The notes beneath the pieces are model-generated. The model was not told where the DNA came from, made no database searches, and saw only the letters and a program-made list of their open reading frames with translations. Below, in pieces: positions 46,211-55,907 of a stretch of DNA of 64,000 nt (the first letter of the stretch is position 1; the number at the start of each line of letters is the position of its first letter). Origin of the DNA: Chloroflexota bacterium (GTDB lineage: Bacteria > Chloroflexota > Dehalococcoidia > DSTF01 > JACRBR01); contig JAGWOC010000001.1 of the NCBI GenBank assembly GCA_028872875.1, positions 49,983 through 113,982 on the forward strand. Direction: 5' to 3'. A program made the position numbers and the translations under genes.

Positions 46211-46657
46211 ATGACAACCCGCGCGAGTGTCGTACAACGGCCACCAAGCAACGTTGAGAAGGACCGAGCGATCCGTGATGGACGCAGTAGAACCCGCGAG
46301 TTCGAGCTCGAATGGCTGCTGCTCGACCTCGAAGAGCAGATCTGCGCTGCGATGCAGGCAACAAGCATCGCCCGCAGCGAGTTGGCCGAGCGGCTGGGCA
46401 CTTCCCGTGCGTTCGTCACCAAGCTCCTCAGCGGTCACGCAAACCTTACGCTGCGCACCCTCGTGCGCGTGGCGAACGCACTCGATGTGGATATTGACCT
46501 CCGGTTGAGGCCGCGCAGAGTCGACGGCAGGCGCCAGGCGACGGTTCGGCCCGCGATGCGGGCGCCAGTGAAGCCAAGGGCCCCGGTATCGAAATCAGCG
46601 GGTCGCAAGGCGGCGTCCGCCGCGGCGCGAAGCCGCAAGGAGCGCACGACGCGGTGA
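46211..46657 (+). CDS. XRE-family helix-turn-helix transcriptional regulator with a long basic C-terminal tail
   Basis: LEEQICAAMQATSIARSELAERLGTSRAFVTKLLSGHANLTLRTLVRVANALDVDIDLRL is an HTH_3 (Cro/C1-type) domain. The tail RPRRVDGRRQATVRPAMRAPVKPRAPVSKSAGRKAASAAARSRKERTTR is basic. Its TGA overlaps the pyrE GTG. Confidence 0.75.
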   Translation: MTTRASVVQRPPSNVEKDRAIRDGRSRTREFELEWLLLDLEEQICAAMQATSIARSELAERLGTSRAFVTKLLSGHANLTLRTLVRVANALDVDIDLRLRPRRVDGRRQATVRPAMRAPVKPRAPVSKSAGRKAASAAARSRKERTTR

Positions 46658-47265
46658 CCCTGCACGACGACCTCCGGCAGCTCAAGTCCGCCGTCGAGCG
46701 CTACGCTATCGCCGTCCAGCCGCGGCCGGTGCAGCTCGCGTCCGGCGGCTGGAGCACGTACTACGCCGACGTGCGCGTGCTGACGCTGCACCCGCTGTAC
46801 GCCAGGCTCATCGGCCAGTTCATGGCGCCCGCCGTCATCGACTCTGGCGCCGAGGCGGTCGGCGGCATGGCGATGGGCTGCATCGCGCTGGCGAGCGCCG
46901 TCGCCGCGGCCGCGCTCGAACAGGGCCGCACGCTGCCGACGTTCTTCGTGCGCCCGCAGCCAAAAGACCACGGGCCGCAGGCCAAGTCCGCGATCTCGCA
47001 GTCGATCGCTGAAGACGAGGGGCCGCTCGTGCGGCCGGGCCGCCGGGTCGCGGTTGTCGAGGATACGGTGACGCAGGGCGGGTCGGCGATGAAGGCAGTT
47101 GAGGCGATCGAGGCGGAGGGCTGCGAGGTCGTGCTGGTGATGGCCGTCGTCGAGCGCCACGAGGGCGGCGGCGCGCGCTTCCGCGAGCGCGGCATCCCCT
47201 TCCGGCGCCTCTTCTACACCGACGAGCGGGGCACGCTCTACGCCGACGAAGAGCTTGAGCGGTAG
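46654..47265 (+). CDS. pyrE: orotate phosphoribosyltransferase (short Thermus-type form)
   Basis: QLASGGWSTYYADVRVLTLHPLYARLIGQFM parallels the Thermus PyrE segment LLRSGMHSPFFLQSAALLQHPLYAEAVGEAL. RVAVVEDTVTQGGSAMKAVEAIEAEG is the PRPP-binding motif. FVRPQPKDHG is like RKEAKDHG. The GTG start overlaps the upstream TGA. Confidence 0.75.
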   Translation: MTLHDDLRQLKSAVERYAIAVQPRPVQLASGGWSTYYADVRVLTLHPLYARLIGQFMAPAVIDSGAEAVGGMAMGCIALASAVAAAALEQGRTLPTFFVRPQPKDHGPQAKSAISQSIAEDEGPLVRPGRRVAVVEDTVTQGGSAMKAVEAIEAEGCEVVLVMAVVERHEGGGARFRERGIPFRRLFYTDERGTLYADEELER

Positions 47266-47301
47266 ATCACCACGAACGCGTCACCGGGGCGCTGAGGCAC
47301 C

Positions 47302-47694
47302 CTACGCCGCCCCCGCACGCGCGGCTTCGATGGTCCGTAGCGCCGCCGCCGGGTCGGGCACCTCGATGATCAGCCGGCTGTAGCGCTGGCCCTCGAGCTC
47401 GACCACGATGACGCGCTCCAGGTGGCCGTACCAGACGTCCCAGAAGACCCGCTCCCCCTGCCCGTAGTACGAGCCCGCGCGCACGATGCCCGGGACGCTC
47501 GTGCCGGGAAGGCGCCAGCCCCGCGGCCGGCGTGCCGCCTCGGCATCCTGGCGCACACCCGTGATGCTGTGGGCGGGCACGTCGATGCGGCTCTTGAACG
47601 CCCAGAACTTGTCGAGCCCGATGACCTCGAACCGCACCTGGCCGCCGGCGACGCTGACTTCGACCATCACCCGCACTCCTGCCGCGCTCATCAT
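47302..47694 (-). CDS. hypothetical protein (130 aa), possibly bacterial PH-domain-like
   Basis: Only the C-terminal 130 codons of the long antisense track ORF 47302..49239 look protein-like: MMSAAGVRVMVEVSVAGGQVRFEVIGLDKFWAFKSRIDVPAHSITGV...GSYYGQGERVFWDVWYGHLERVIVVELEGQRYSRLIIEV. The rest is antisense to the GH1 gene. Confidence 0.45.
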   Translation of the reverse strand: MMSAAGVRVMVEVSVAGGQVRFEVIGLDKFWAFKSRIDVPAHSITGVRQDAEAARRPRGWRLPGTSVPGIVRAGSYYGQGERVFWDVWYGHLERVIVVELEGQRYSRLIIEVPDPAAALRTIEAARAGAA

Positions 47695-47820
47695 AGCGCG
47701 CAGGCCCGGGCGCTTCCGCGTGCTGCCGCGCCCGCATACACTCGCGATGCCCGCGGGCGATGACGGCGGGCGGGAGGAAGCCCGCTGCCGGTGGTCCCGC
47801 CCAGACGGAAGGTGGCTGCG

Positions 47821-49182
47821 ATGAAGACGGTGAAGTTCCCGGCAGGTTTCGAGTGGGGCACGGCGACCGCGTCGTACCAGGTCGAAGGCGCCGTCAGGGA
47901 GGACGGGCGCGGCGAGTCGATCTGGGATCGCTTCAGCCACACCGAGGGCCGCGTCCTCAACGGCGACACGGGCGACATCGCGTCCGACCAGTACCACCGC
48001 TACAAGGAAGACGTCGCGCTGATGAAGGAGCTGGCGCAGACCGGCTACCGGTTCAGCATCGCCTGGCCGCGCATCTTTCCCGATGGCGCAGGGAAGCTCA
48101 ATCAGGCCGGCCTTGACTACTACAACCGCCTGGTCGACGAGTTGCTCGAGAACGGCATCCGCCCGTTTCCGACGCTGTACCACTGGGACCTGCCGCAGGC
48201 GCTCCAGGACGCCGGCGGCTGGACGAACCGCGACATCATCGAGCGGTTCACGACGTACGCGCGCACCTGCATCGACGCGCTGGGCGACCGCGTCAAGCAC
48301 TGGATGATCTTCAACGAGCCGTGGGTGTTCGTGTTCATGGGCTATCTGTACGGCAACCACGCACCGGCCATCCGCGACGCCTCGCAGGCGATGCGGGCGT
48401 CGCACATCGTCAACCTCGCGCACGCCTCCGCCGCGCGGGCGATGCGCGCCGCCGGCACCGCGGACGCCATCGGCTCCGCGTTCAGCATGGGCGCGACCTA
48501 CCCCGCATCGGACAGCGCGGCGGACATCGCGGCGGCCGAGCGCCAGCACGCGTTCGCCAACGACTGGTTTCTGCGGCCGATCATGAAGGGCGAGTACCCG
48601 CAGGCCTACGTCGACCAGGAGAAGGCCCTGGCGCGGATGGACATCCGCCCCGGCGACCTGGAGGCGCTGCCTGAGCCGCTCGACTTCGTCGGCATCAACC
48701 TCTACACCCGCAGCATCGTCGCCGCGGCGCCGGGCGAACCGAACCTTGGTCTTCGGCAGATGCAAGGCCCGGGGCCGCGCACCGAGTTCCATTGGGAGAT
48801 CTGGCCCGCGGCGATCTACCGGATGATCATGCGGGTCTCGAAGGACTACGGCCGGCCGCCGATTTACATCACCGAGAATGGCTGCTCCTTCGGCGACCGC
48901 CCGGGGCCCGATGGCCGCGTACACGACGACCGCCGCATCGACTTCTACAGGGGCTACATCGGTCAGGTCGCGCGCGCGCTCGACGAGGGTGCCGACGTGC
49001 GCGGCTATTACACGTGGACGCTCATCGACAACTTCGAGTGGGCGATGGGCTTCAGTCAGCGATTCGGGATCATCGACGTCGCCTTCGAGGACGGCCAGAA
49101 GCGCACCATCAAGGACAGCGGCTACTGGTACCGCGACCTGATCCGCGCCGGCGAAATCGCCTACGACGAGACGCTGGTCTGA
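47821..49182 (+). CDS. GH1 beta-glucosidase
   Basis: GAAGGTGG lies upstream of ATG 47821. FPAGFEWGTATASYQVEGA, the acid/base in MIFNEPW, the nucleophile in YITENG, and WTLIDNFEW are the canonical GH1 motifs. Confidence 0.92.
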   Translation: MKTVKFPAGFEWGTATASYQVEGAVREDGRGESIWDRFSHTEGRVLNGDTGDIASDQYHRYKEDVALMKELAQTGYRFSIAWPRIFPDGAGKLNQAGLDYYNRLVDELLENGIRPFPTLYHWDLPQALQDAGGWTNRDIIERFTTYARTCIDALGDRVKHWMIFNEPWVFVFMGYLYGNHAPAIRDASQAMRASHIVNLAHASAARAMRAAGTADAIGSAFSMGATYPASDSAADIAAAERQHAFANDWFLRPIMKGEYPQAYVDQEKALARMDIRPGDLEALPEPLDFVGINLYTRSIVAAAPGEPNLGLRQMQGPGPRTEFHWEIWPAAIYRMIMRVSKDYGRPPIYITENGCSFGDRPGPDGRVHDDRRIDFYRGYIGQVARALDEGADVRGYYTWTLIDNFEWAMGFSQRFGIIDVAFEDGQKRTIKDSGYWYRDLIRAGEIAYDETLV

Positions 49183-49288
49183 GGTCGCATGCACGGCCGG
49201 GGCGCCGGTGCCGGTGCCCTGCGGAGCGCGGGGCTTCATCAGCCCGCGCGGGGTTCCGCGTCGACCGTCCGGGCGCGCATCCTCCGGC

Positions 49289-50185
49289 CTACTCCTCGTC
49301 GACCAGCCCCGCCGTGTCGAAGGCGAACGCGATCACGGTGATCCCCGCCGCCGCCAGCGCGCGGCGCAGCCCGGCCGCGCCTTCCGCGCTCGACGCGTAG
49401 AAGACGAGCGCGCCGCCGCCGCCCGCGCCGCACGCCTTGCCCGCCGTCGCTCCGTTCGCCGCTGCCAGCTCGAAGATCGCATCCACCGTTTCGTTCGTGA
49501 CGGTGGGGTGCAGCCGCTTCTGCTGCGTCCAGTTCTCGTTGATCACGTGTCGCACGCCGCCGAAGTCGCTCGCGAGGAGCGCGTCGCGCATCGCCTGCGC
49601 GTACTGCTTGAGCGCCAGCAGGGCCCCGGTGACGTCGTCGTCGTGGCGCGCGTACGCCGACCAGACGTGGGCGTGGATTTCGCCGGACAGGCGCGAGACA
49701 CCGCTATCGGCCAGCACGAGCCGCTGTTCGAGCGCGCGTAGCGCGGCCTCCGGCAGCGCCAGCCGCTCGATGCGCACGGGAAGGACATCGGCGTGCGTTC
49801 GGGCGCGATCGAGCCTTCGCTGCTCGGCCGAGGGGAACGTCATCGAGTTCAGCCCGCCGTAGCAGGCGGCGTACTGGTCTTGCCGCCCGCCGACGACGCC
49901 TTCGGCCGATTCCGCGGCGAACGCCGCCTCGGCGATCTCGTCGAGGTCCGCCTCCGGATGGCGCAGCGCCGCCGTCAGCACGTGCTCGCACGCGGACGCT
50001 CCCAGCCCGCCCGCGGCGACGTCGCGCGTGTGCGCGATCGCCCCCGCCCGGTCCACCGTGGCGCGCACGTATTTGTCGATGGTGACGTTGACGACGGCCC
50101 CGCCCTCCGCGTCGGCGAAGATCGGCACGTCCGTCCAGCCGCCGGCGAGGTCGATGCGCAGCGGTGCGCGCGCGGATCGCGTCAT
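49289..50185 (-). CDS. GHMP-family sugar kinase (heptose-7-phosphate kinase / fucokinase-like)
   Basis: PLRIDLAGGWTDVP (RISFAGGGTD-like), GGLGASACEHVLTAAL (motif 2) and KACGAGGGGALVFY (motif 3). Confidence 0.7.
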   Translation of the reverse strand: MTRSARAPLRIDLAGGWTDVPIFADAEGGAVVNVTIDKYVRATVDRAGAIAHTRDVAAGGLGASACEHVLTAALRHPEADLDEIAEAAFAAESAEGVVGGRQDQYAACYGGLNSMTFPSAEQRRLDRARTHADVLPVRIERLALPEAALRALEQRLVLADSGVSRLSGEIHAHVWSAYARHDDDVTGALLALKQYAQAMRDALLASDFGGVRHVINENWTQQKRLHPTVTNETVDAIFELAAANGATAGKACGAGGGGALVFYASSAEGAAGLRRALAAAGITVIAFAFDTAGLVDEE

Positions 50186-50333
50186 GGTCTGATTGTCGCC
50201 GCTGTGAACGCGATTGGAAACACCGCCTGAACGCCGATGTCAACTCGACAAGTTTGCCGAGCGTTTACGTGCCCTTCACGGGCCACCAATGCAGTCCCGA
50301 TGCGCGTCGCCGATGATGTGCGCGGAGGACGTG

Positions 50334-51866
50334 ATGCCCGAGTCCCGTGCGGCCCGCGTGCGTATCACCCGCAGGCGCTTCCTCGGCGGCGCGGCGGCGA
50401 CGGCCGCCGTGCTCACCGCCGGCGGCGCGTCTGCCGTCGTCCTGCGCGATCGCGGCGGGGGCAGCGCGCAGCGTACGGCGATCAAGCCCGGCGCGCTGCC
50501 GCGGACGACGCCGGGCACGCCGTCGAACCCCCTGGCCACGGCCGATCTGCGCCTCCGTCACCTGCTACGGCGCACGACGTTCGCCGCACTCCCTGCTGAC
50601 ATCCAGCGCTTCTCGGGTCAGCCGCTCGACCACGTCGTCGACCAGTTGCTCGACACGGCCGCCGTCGATGACAGCGCCGCCGAGGCGAAGCTGGCCTCGT
50701 TCGCGCTGGACCTCACGAAGCCGCAGGACATCATCTCCTGGTGGCTCGCGCGCATGACGCTCACCCGGCGGCCGATGCTCGAGCGGATGACGCTGTTCTG
50801 GCACGGCCTGCTGACCAGCGGCCTGGCGAAGACCGGCGCAAAGGGCGCGCCGCTGCTGCTGAACCAGAACAACCTCTTCCGCGCGCACGCGTTCGACAAG
50901 CTCGACGTGCTGCTCAAGGCCGTCGTGCGCGACCCCGCGATGATGCTCTGGCTCGACATCGAGACGAGCCGCAAGGGCCACCCCAACGAGAACTATCCGC
51001 GCGAGCTCATGGAGCTGTTCACCCTGGGCGTGGGAAACTACACCGAGCAAGATGTGCGCGAGTCGGCGCGCGCGCACACCGGCTACTCGCTGAACCGCGC
51101 CGACTACACGTTCGTGTTCCGCCCGGCGCTGCACGATAACGGCCAGAAGACGTTCCTGGGCCAGACAGGCAACTGGGACGCGGACAGCATCGTGGACATC
51201 ATCCTCAAACAGCCCGCCGCCGGCGACCACTTCGCCCGCAAGCTGTTCGAGTTCTTCGCCTATCCGGCGCCGGACGCGGCGACGCTCAAGCCGATCGCCG
51301 GCGTGGCGCGCAGCAGCGGCTTCGACACGAGGGCCGTCGTGCGTGCGGTGCTGACGTCGGACGCGTTCTACGCGCCACAGGCCTATCGGGCGATCGTCAA
51401 GAGCCCGACGGACTACGTCGTCGGCGCGGCACGGCTGCTCGGCGTGGAGAGCAACGGGCGCGCGCTGGCGGGTGCGAGCAGGCTGATGGGGCAGGTGCTC
51501 TTCAACCCGCCGAACGTCGCCGGCTGGCCGGGCGGGCGTACCTGGATCGGCACCAGCACGTGGTTCGCGCGCGTGAACTTCGCCGCGGCGCTGATCAACG
51601 CCAGCGCCGCGAAGCGCGGGACGCAGACGCAGGCCGCCGGGGCCGCGCCGCTCTTCGCCGCGCCGCCGGCCTCGGCCGACGACGCGATCGTGCAGGCCGC
51701 GACGCTCACCGTCGACGGGCGCATCAGCGACGCCGTGCGGTCGACCCTGAAGGACTACCTCGAGACGGGCGGCGGCTTCGCGACACTCCCGCCCGCCCAG
51801 CGGGACGAGCGCCTGCGCGGCCTGGGTGCCTTGCTGCTCGCGTCCCCGGAGTACCAGCTCGCCTGA
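50334..51866 (+). CDS. DUF1800 family protein with Tat signal
   Basis: GGAGGA lies 4 nt before ATG 50334. MPESRAARVRITRRRFLGGAAATAAVLTAGGA is a twin-arginine signal. WWLARMTLTRRPMLERMTLFWHGLLTS is the DUF1800-like core. It is paired with a downstream DUF1501 gene, as is typical. Confidence 0.6.
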   Translation: MPESRAARVRITRRRFLGGAAATAAVLTAGGASAVVLRDRGGGSAQRTAIKPGALPRTTPGTPSNPLATADLRLRHLLRRTTFAALPADIQRFSGQPLDHVVDQLLDTAAVDDSAAEAKLASFALDLTKPQDIISWWLARMTLTRRPMLERMTLFWHGLLTSGLAKTGAKGAPLLLNQNNLFRAHAFDKLDVLLKAVVRDPAMMLWLDIETSRKGHPNENYPRELMELFTLGVGNYTEQDVRESARAHTGYSLNRADYTFVFRPALHDNGQKTFLGQTGNWDADSIVDIILKQPAAGDHFARKLFEFFAYPAPDAATLKPIAGVARSSGFDTRAVVRAVLTSDAFYAPQAYRAIVKSPTDYVVGAARLLGVESNGRALAGASRLMGQVLFNPPNVAGWPGGRTWIGTSTWFARVNFAAALINASAAKRGTQTQAAGAAPLFAAPPASADDAIVQAATLTVDGRISDAVRSTLKDYLETGGGFATLPPAQRDERLRGLGALLLASPEYQLA

Positions 51867-51877
51867 GGAGGCGCACG

Positions 51878-53125
51878 ATGATCACGAGGCGCGATTTCGT
51901 GAAGAAGGGCGTGGCGCTGGTCACGCTGGGAAGCATGCACGCGATGCTGCCGCCGGTGTTCAAGGGCGCGTTCGCGATCCGCGCGTCGGACGCCGAAGCG
52001 GACACGCTGCCGGCGCGCACGCTCGTCATCCTGCAGTTCGCGGGCGGCAACGACGGGTTGAACACCGTCGTGCCCTATCGCGACCCCGCCTACGCGAAGG
52101 CGCGACCGTCGATCGGCGTCAAGGCGGACGCCGTGTTGGCGCTCGATGACCATGTCGGCCTGCACCCGAAGCTCGCGGGCCTGAAGAAGCTGTGGGACAG
52201 CAAGAAGCTCGCGGTGGTGCAGGGTGTCGGCTACCCGGACCCGAACCTCTCGCACTTCCAGTCCATGCTGATCTGGGAGAACGCCGGCCGGCAGGCGGCA
52301 AACGGCGAAGGGTGGCTCGCGGGCTACCTCGACCGCCTCGAGGCGGAGGAGCACGACCCGCTGCACGGTTTCAACGTCGGGCAGTTCGTGGCGCCGGAGC
52401 TGTACGCGGCCAACGCGCCCACTGTCGCCGCCCCGAGCGCAAACGCGTACGGCTTCCAGCGCCTGGCCCCGGACGAGGCGGAGGCGCGCCGGCGCCAGAC
52501 CGCGCTGCTGAAGATGTACGAGCAGTTCCCGAAGGACACGCCGTACGCCGCGCTGCTCGAAAGCACGGCCGGCGACGCCGTCTCCAGCTCGCAGGCGGTC
52601 GACGCGGCCGCGACCGCGCACACCCCCACCGTGGCATACCCGGAGACCTCGCTCGCGAGCGGGCTCAAGCTCGTGTCGCAGGTGATCGCCAGCGGGGCGA
52701 AGCTGCGCGTCGCGCACGTGACGCTCGGCGGCTTCGACACGCACTCCGGCCAGCAGCCGGAGCAGGAGAAGCTGCTCGGCGACGTCGGCGACGCGCTCGC
52801 CGCCTTCTATGCGGACCTCGCGTCGTACGGCAAGGACGGCGACGTGCTGACGATGACCTGGTCCGAGTTCGGCCGCCGCGTGCAGGAGAACGCGAGCCAG
52901 GGCACCGATCACGGCACCGCCGCGCCGATGTTCCTCGTCGGCGGCAGCGTCAAGGGCGGGCTGTACGGCGAGGCGCCGTCGCTGACGAGCCTCGATAACG
53001 GCAACCTGAAGTTCACGACGGACTTCCGTTCGGTGTACGCCACGCTGCTCGAACAGTGGTGCGGCGCCCCCGCCGATGCCATCCTCGGCGCCCACTACCC
53101 GCAGATCGGCGGGCTCGTGGCGTAG
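51878..53125 (+). CDS. DUF1501 family protein with Tat signal (sulfatase-like fold)
   Basis: GAGGAGG lies 6 nt before ATG 51878. MITRRDFVKKGVALVTLGS is a Tat signal. LVILQFAGGNDGLNTVVPY...GGFDTHSGQ...QGTDHGTAAPMFLVGG are DUF1501 signatures. Confidence 0.65.
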   Translation: MITRRDFVKKGVALVTLGSMHAMLPPVFKGAFAIRASDAEADTLPARTLVILQFAGGNDGLNTVVPYRDPAYAKARPSIGVKADAVLALDDHVGLHPKLAGLKKLWDSKKLAVVQGVGYPDPNLSHFQSMLIWENAGRQAANGEGWLAGYLDRLEAEEHDPLHGFNVGQFVAPELYAANAPTVAAPSANAYGFQRLAPDEAEARRRQTALLKMYEQFPKDTPYAALLESTAGDAVSSSQAVDAAATAHTPTVAYPETSLASGLKLVSQVIASGAKLRVAHVTLGGFDTHSGQQPEQEKLLGDVGDALAAFYADLASYGKDGDVLTMTWSEFGRRVQENASQGTDHGTAAPMFLVGGSVKGGLYGEAPSLTSLDNGNLKFTTDFRSVYATLLEQWCGAPADAILGAHYPQIGGLVA

Positions 53126-53257
53126 GGGCGCAGCTTGCCGCGCCCCGGTCCGGCCCCCGGCCGCTGTGTGCCGTGCCCGACCCATTGGTGTGGCTGTTAC
53201 GGCCGCCTCGCGTAGGGGCGCTGCTTGCCGCGCCCCGGTCCGCCGCCCGGCCGCTGT
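53121..53257. repeat. two copies of a 47-bp direct repeat (53121-53167 and 53211-53257; 44 of 47 identical), each containing a GC hairpin GGGGCGC-agcttgc-CGCGCCCC and starting with CGTAG
   Basis: Read directly. The first copy starts at the TAG stop of the DUF1501 gene. No U-tract follows either hairpin. Confidence 0.8.
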
Positions 53258-53297
53258 TCGCGGCCCCCTCCGCGGTCCGCACCAGCGGCGATCGGCT

Positions 53298-54575
53298 ATG
53301 CTGTCGCCGATGCCGCGCGAAGCTGCGAAGTATCGGATCACCGGTGGCCACCGGCTGCACGGCCGTGTGCACATCAGCGGCTCCAAGAACGGCGCCGACT
53401 ACGCGATGGCGGCCGCGCTCCTCACCGCCTCCGACGTCGTGCTGCACAACGTGCCCGAGATCGGCGACGTGCGCCAGATGGAGGAGATCCTCGCGCACCT
53501 CGGGGCCACGGTGGAGCACCCGGCGCCGCACACGCTCCGGATCAACGCGGCGGACCTGTCGCGCTTCGAGGTGCCGGCGCGCCTCGCGGCGCAGCTCCGC
53601 GCCAGCTTCCTCGTGATGGGGCCGCTCCTAGCGCGCATGGGCCGCGCGTCCTGCCCGCCGCCGGGCGGCGACGCCATCGGCATCCGCCCGCTCGACGTAC
53701 ACCTCGCCGGCTTCCGCATGCTCGGCGCCACCGTCGAAGAGGACGGCCAGGCCTTCGACGTGCGCCTCGACGGCCCCCTGCGCGCCGGCCGCGTGCTGCT
53801 CGACTACCCGAGCGTCATGGGCACGCTCAACGTCATGCTCGCCGCGACGCTCGCCGATGGTGCCACGACGATCATCAACGCGGCGAGCGAGCCCGAGATC
53901 GCCAGCCTGGCACAGATGCTGAACGCGATGGGCGCGAACATCACCGGCGCCGGCTCCAACGTCGTGCGCATCGAGGGCGCCCGCGCGCTCGGCGGTGTCG
54001 AGCACCGCGTCATCCCGGACCGGCTCGAAGCCGGGACCTTCGCGCTGGCGGCGGCGATCACGCGGGGCGAGGTGTTGCTCGAGGACGCGGTCCCGGAGCA
54101 CCTGGATGCGCTGCTCTGGAAGATGGAGGAGGCAGGGGCCGCCGTGCGCGCCACCGAGGCCGGACTGCACGTCGCCGGCGCCGTGCGCTACCGCGCCGTG
54201 AGCGCGCAGGCGCTGCCGTATCCGGGCCTCGCCTCCGACCTGCAGCCGCAGCTCGCGGCCTTCCTCACCCAGGCCGAGGGCGCCAGCACGATCCACGAGC
54301 GCGTCTTCGACAACCGGCTGCTGTACATCAGTGAGCTGCGCAAGATGGGCGCGGACGTCATGGCGACGGGCACCACGGCCATCATCACGGGGCCGACCCA
54401 GCTTCGCGCCGCACCTGTCACCGCGCTCGACGTGCGCGCCGGCAGCGCCTGCGTCCTCGCCGCGCTCGTCGCCGAGGGGACGACCGAGATCAGCGATGTC
54501 TACCACATCGACCGCGCGCACGAGGACCTTCATGGTAAACTGCGCGCGCTCGGCGCCTCGATCGAGCGCGCCTGA
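53298..54575 (+). CDS. murA: UDP-N-acetylglucosamine 1-carboxyvinyltransferase
   Basis: ATG 53298 (MLSPMPREAAKYRITGGHRLHGRVHISGSKNGA...). Catalytic Cys in GRASCPPPGGDAIGIRPLD. Full-length EPSP-synthase fold. The upstream part of the track ORF is translation of the repeat region. Confidence 0.93.
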   Translation: MLSPMPREAAKYRITGGHRLHGRVHISGSKNGADYAMAAALLTASDVVLHNVPEIGDVRQMEEILAHLGATVEHPAPHTLRINAADLSRFEVPARLAAQLRASFLVMGPLLARMGRASCPPPGGDAIGIRPLDVHLAGFRMLGATVEEDGQAFDVRLDGPLRAGRVLLDYPSVMGTLNVMLAATLADGATTIINAASEPEIASLAQMLNAMGANITGAGSNVVRIEGARALGGVEHRVIPDRLEAGTFALAAAITRGEVLLEDAVPEHLDALLWKMEEAGAAVRATEAGLHVAGAVRYRAVSAQALPYPGLASDLQPQLAAFLTQAEGASTIHERVFDNRLLYISELRKMGADVMATGTTAIITGPTQLRAAPVTALDVRAGSACVLAALVAEGTTEISDVYHIDRAHEDLHGKLRALGASIERA

Positions 54576-54690
54576 GCCGGAAGAGCCCGTCGTCTCGCAC
54601 GCGCGCGCCGGTCCCGCTGCCATCGCAGCAGCACGTTGTCCTGTCCGCGTCTCCGGCGTGAGGCGCTGACCCGGGAGGGGAGAAGGATCG

Positions 54691-55722
54691 ATGTTACCCA
54701 AGAGGATTGGAGTCGACCTGGGCACGGCGAACGTGCTGGTCTACGTCAAGGGCCGCGGCATCGTCATCAACGAGCCGTCCGTCGTCGCCCTCGCCAACCG
54801 CGATAACACCGTCGTCGCCGTCGGGCGAGAGGCGCAGGAGATGATGGGCCGCGTCCCCGGCAGCATCAGCGTCATCCGGCCGATGCGCGACGGCGTCATC
54901 GCCGACTACCTGATCACCGAGGCGATGCTCCGCTACTTCATCCAGAAGGTGATCGGCCGGTTGAACCTGATCAAGCCGGAGGTGATGGTCTGCATCCCCG
55001 CCGGCGTCACGAGCGTCGAGCAGCGCGCCGTGCGCGACGCGGCGGAGCAGGCCGGCGGGCGGCGCCCCGTGCACCTGGTGCCGGAGCCGCTCGCCGCAGC
55101 GATCGGCGCGCGCATCCCTGTCAACTCGCCCAGCGGCAACATGGTCGTGGACATCGGCGGCGGCCGCACGGAAGCCGCCGTGATCTCGATGTACGGCATC
55201 GTTGTCAGCGAGAGCGTCCGCGTCGCCGGCGACCGGCTCGACGATGCGATCGTGGCCTACGTCAAGCGCCGCTATAACCTGCTGATCGGCGACCGCACCG
55301 CGGAGGAGATGAAGGTCACGATCGGCGCCGCGGTCCCCCTCGAGCAGGAGCTGAAGATGGACGTGCGCGGCCGCGACCAGATCAGCGGCCTGCCGAAGAC
55401 CGTCACCGTCTCGACGAGCGACGTCACGGCGGCGATCCAGGACGCGCTCGCGACCATCGTCTCCGTCGTGCGGACCGTGCTGGAGCGCACGCCGCCCGAG
55501 CTCGCGTCCGACGTCATCGACCGCGGCATCGTGCTCACGGGCGGTACGGCGCTGCTGCGCCACCTCGACATCCTGCTGACGCAGGAGACCGGCATCCCCT
55601 GCCAGGTCGCCGAGAACCCGATCGACTGCGTCGCCATCGGCGCCGGCGTCGCCCTCGAGTACCTCGACGTCATCAAGCGCAGCCTGCCGACCGAAGAGGA
55701 GACGCTCGTCGCGAGCTACTAG
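54691..55722 (+). CDS. mreB: rod-shape-determining actin homolog MreB
   Basis: [28 protein letters not shown]...[13 protein letters not shown]...[11 protein letters not shown] are the actin-fold phosphate 1/2 and adenosine motifs. No mreC/mreD follow. Confidence 0.95.
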   Translation: MLPKRIGVDLGTANVLVYVKGRGIVINEPSVVALANRDNTVVAVGREAQEMMGRVPGSISVIRPMRDGVIADYLITEAMLRYFIQKVIGRLNLIKPEVMVCIPAGVTSVEQRAVRDAAEQAGGRRPVHLVPEPLAAAIGARIPVNSPSGNMVVDIGGGRTEAAVISMYGIVVSESVRVAGDRLDDAIVAYVKRRYNLLIGDRTAEEMKVTIGAAVPLEQELKMDVRGRDQISGLPKTVTVSTSDVTAAIQDALATIVSVVRTVLERTPPELASDVIDRGIVLTGGTALLRHLDILLTQETGIPCQVAENPIDCVAIGAGVALEYLDVIKRSLPTEEETLVASY

Positions 55723-55907
55723 CGGCGCGCCCTGGCGCCTCCACGTTCCCGTGGCTGACCCGTGAGCGAGGGCTCTTCCGGCACCGCATTGCGGATTCCT
55801 CACTCCCCGGCGGCTGATTCCGGTCTCCGCGATCTGTTACCGTGGATGAACGCGCCCTTCGCCCGCCGTGTGGCGCCCCGCGGACGGAAGCAGACCAGGA
55901 GGCCCCG

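Noticed and set aside
46211-47265. XRE-HTH + phosphoribosyltransferase pair as a toxin-antitoxin or phage-defence module.
   Set aside because: The PRTase aligns collinearly with housekeeping Thermus-type PyrE, including the orotate loop and PRPP motif. It is more simply a pyrE operon with a linked regulator.
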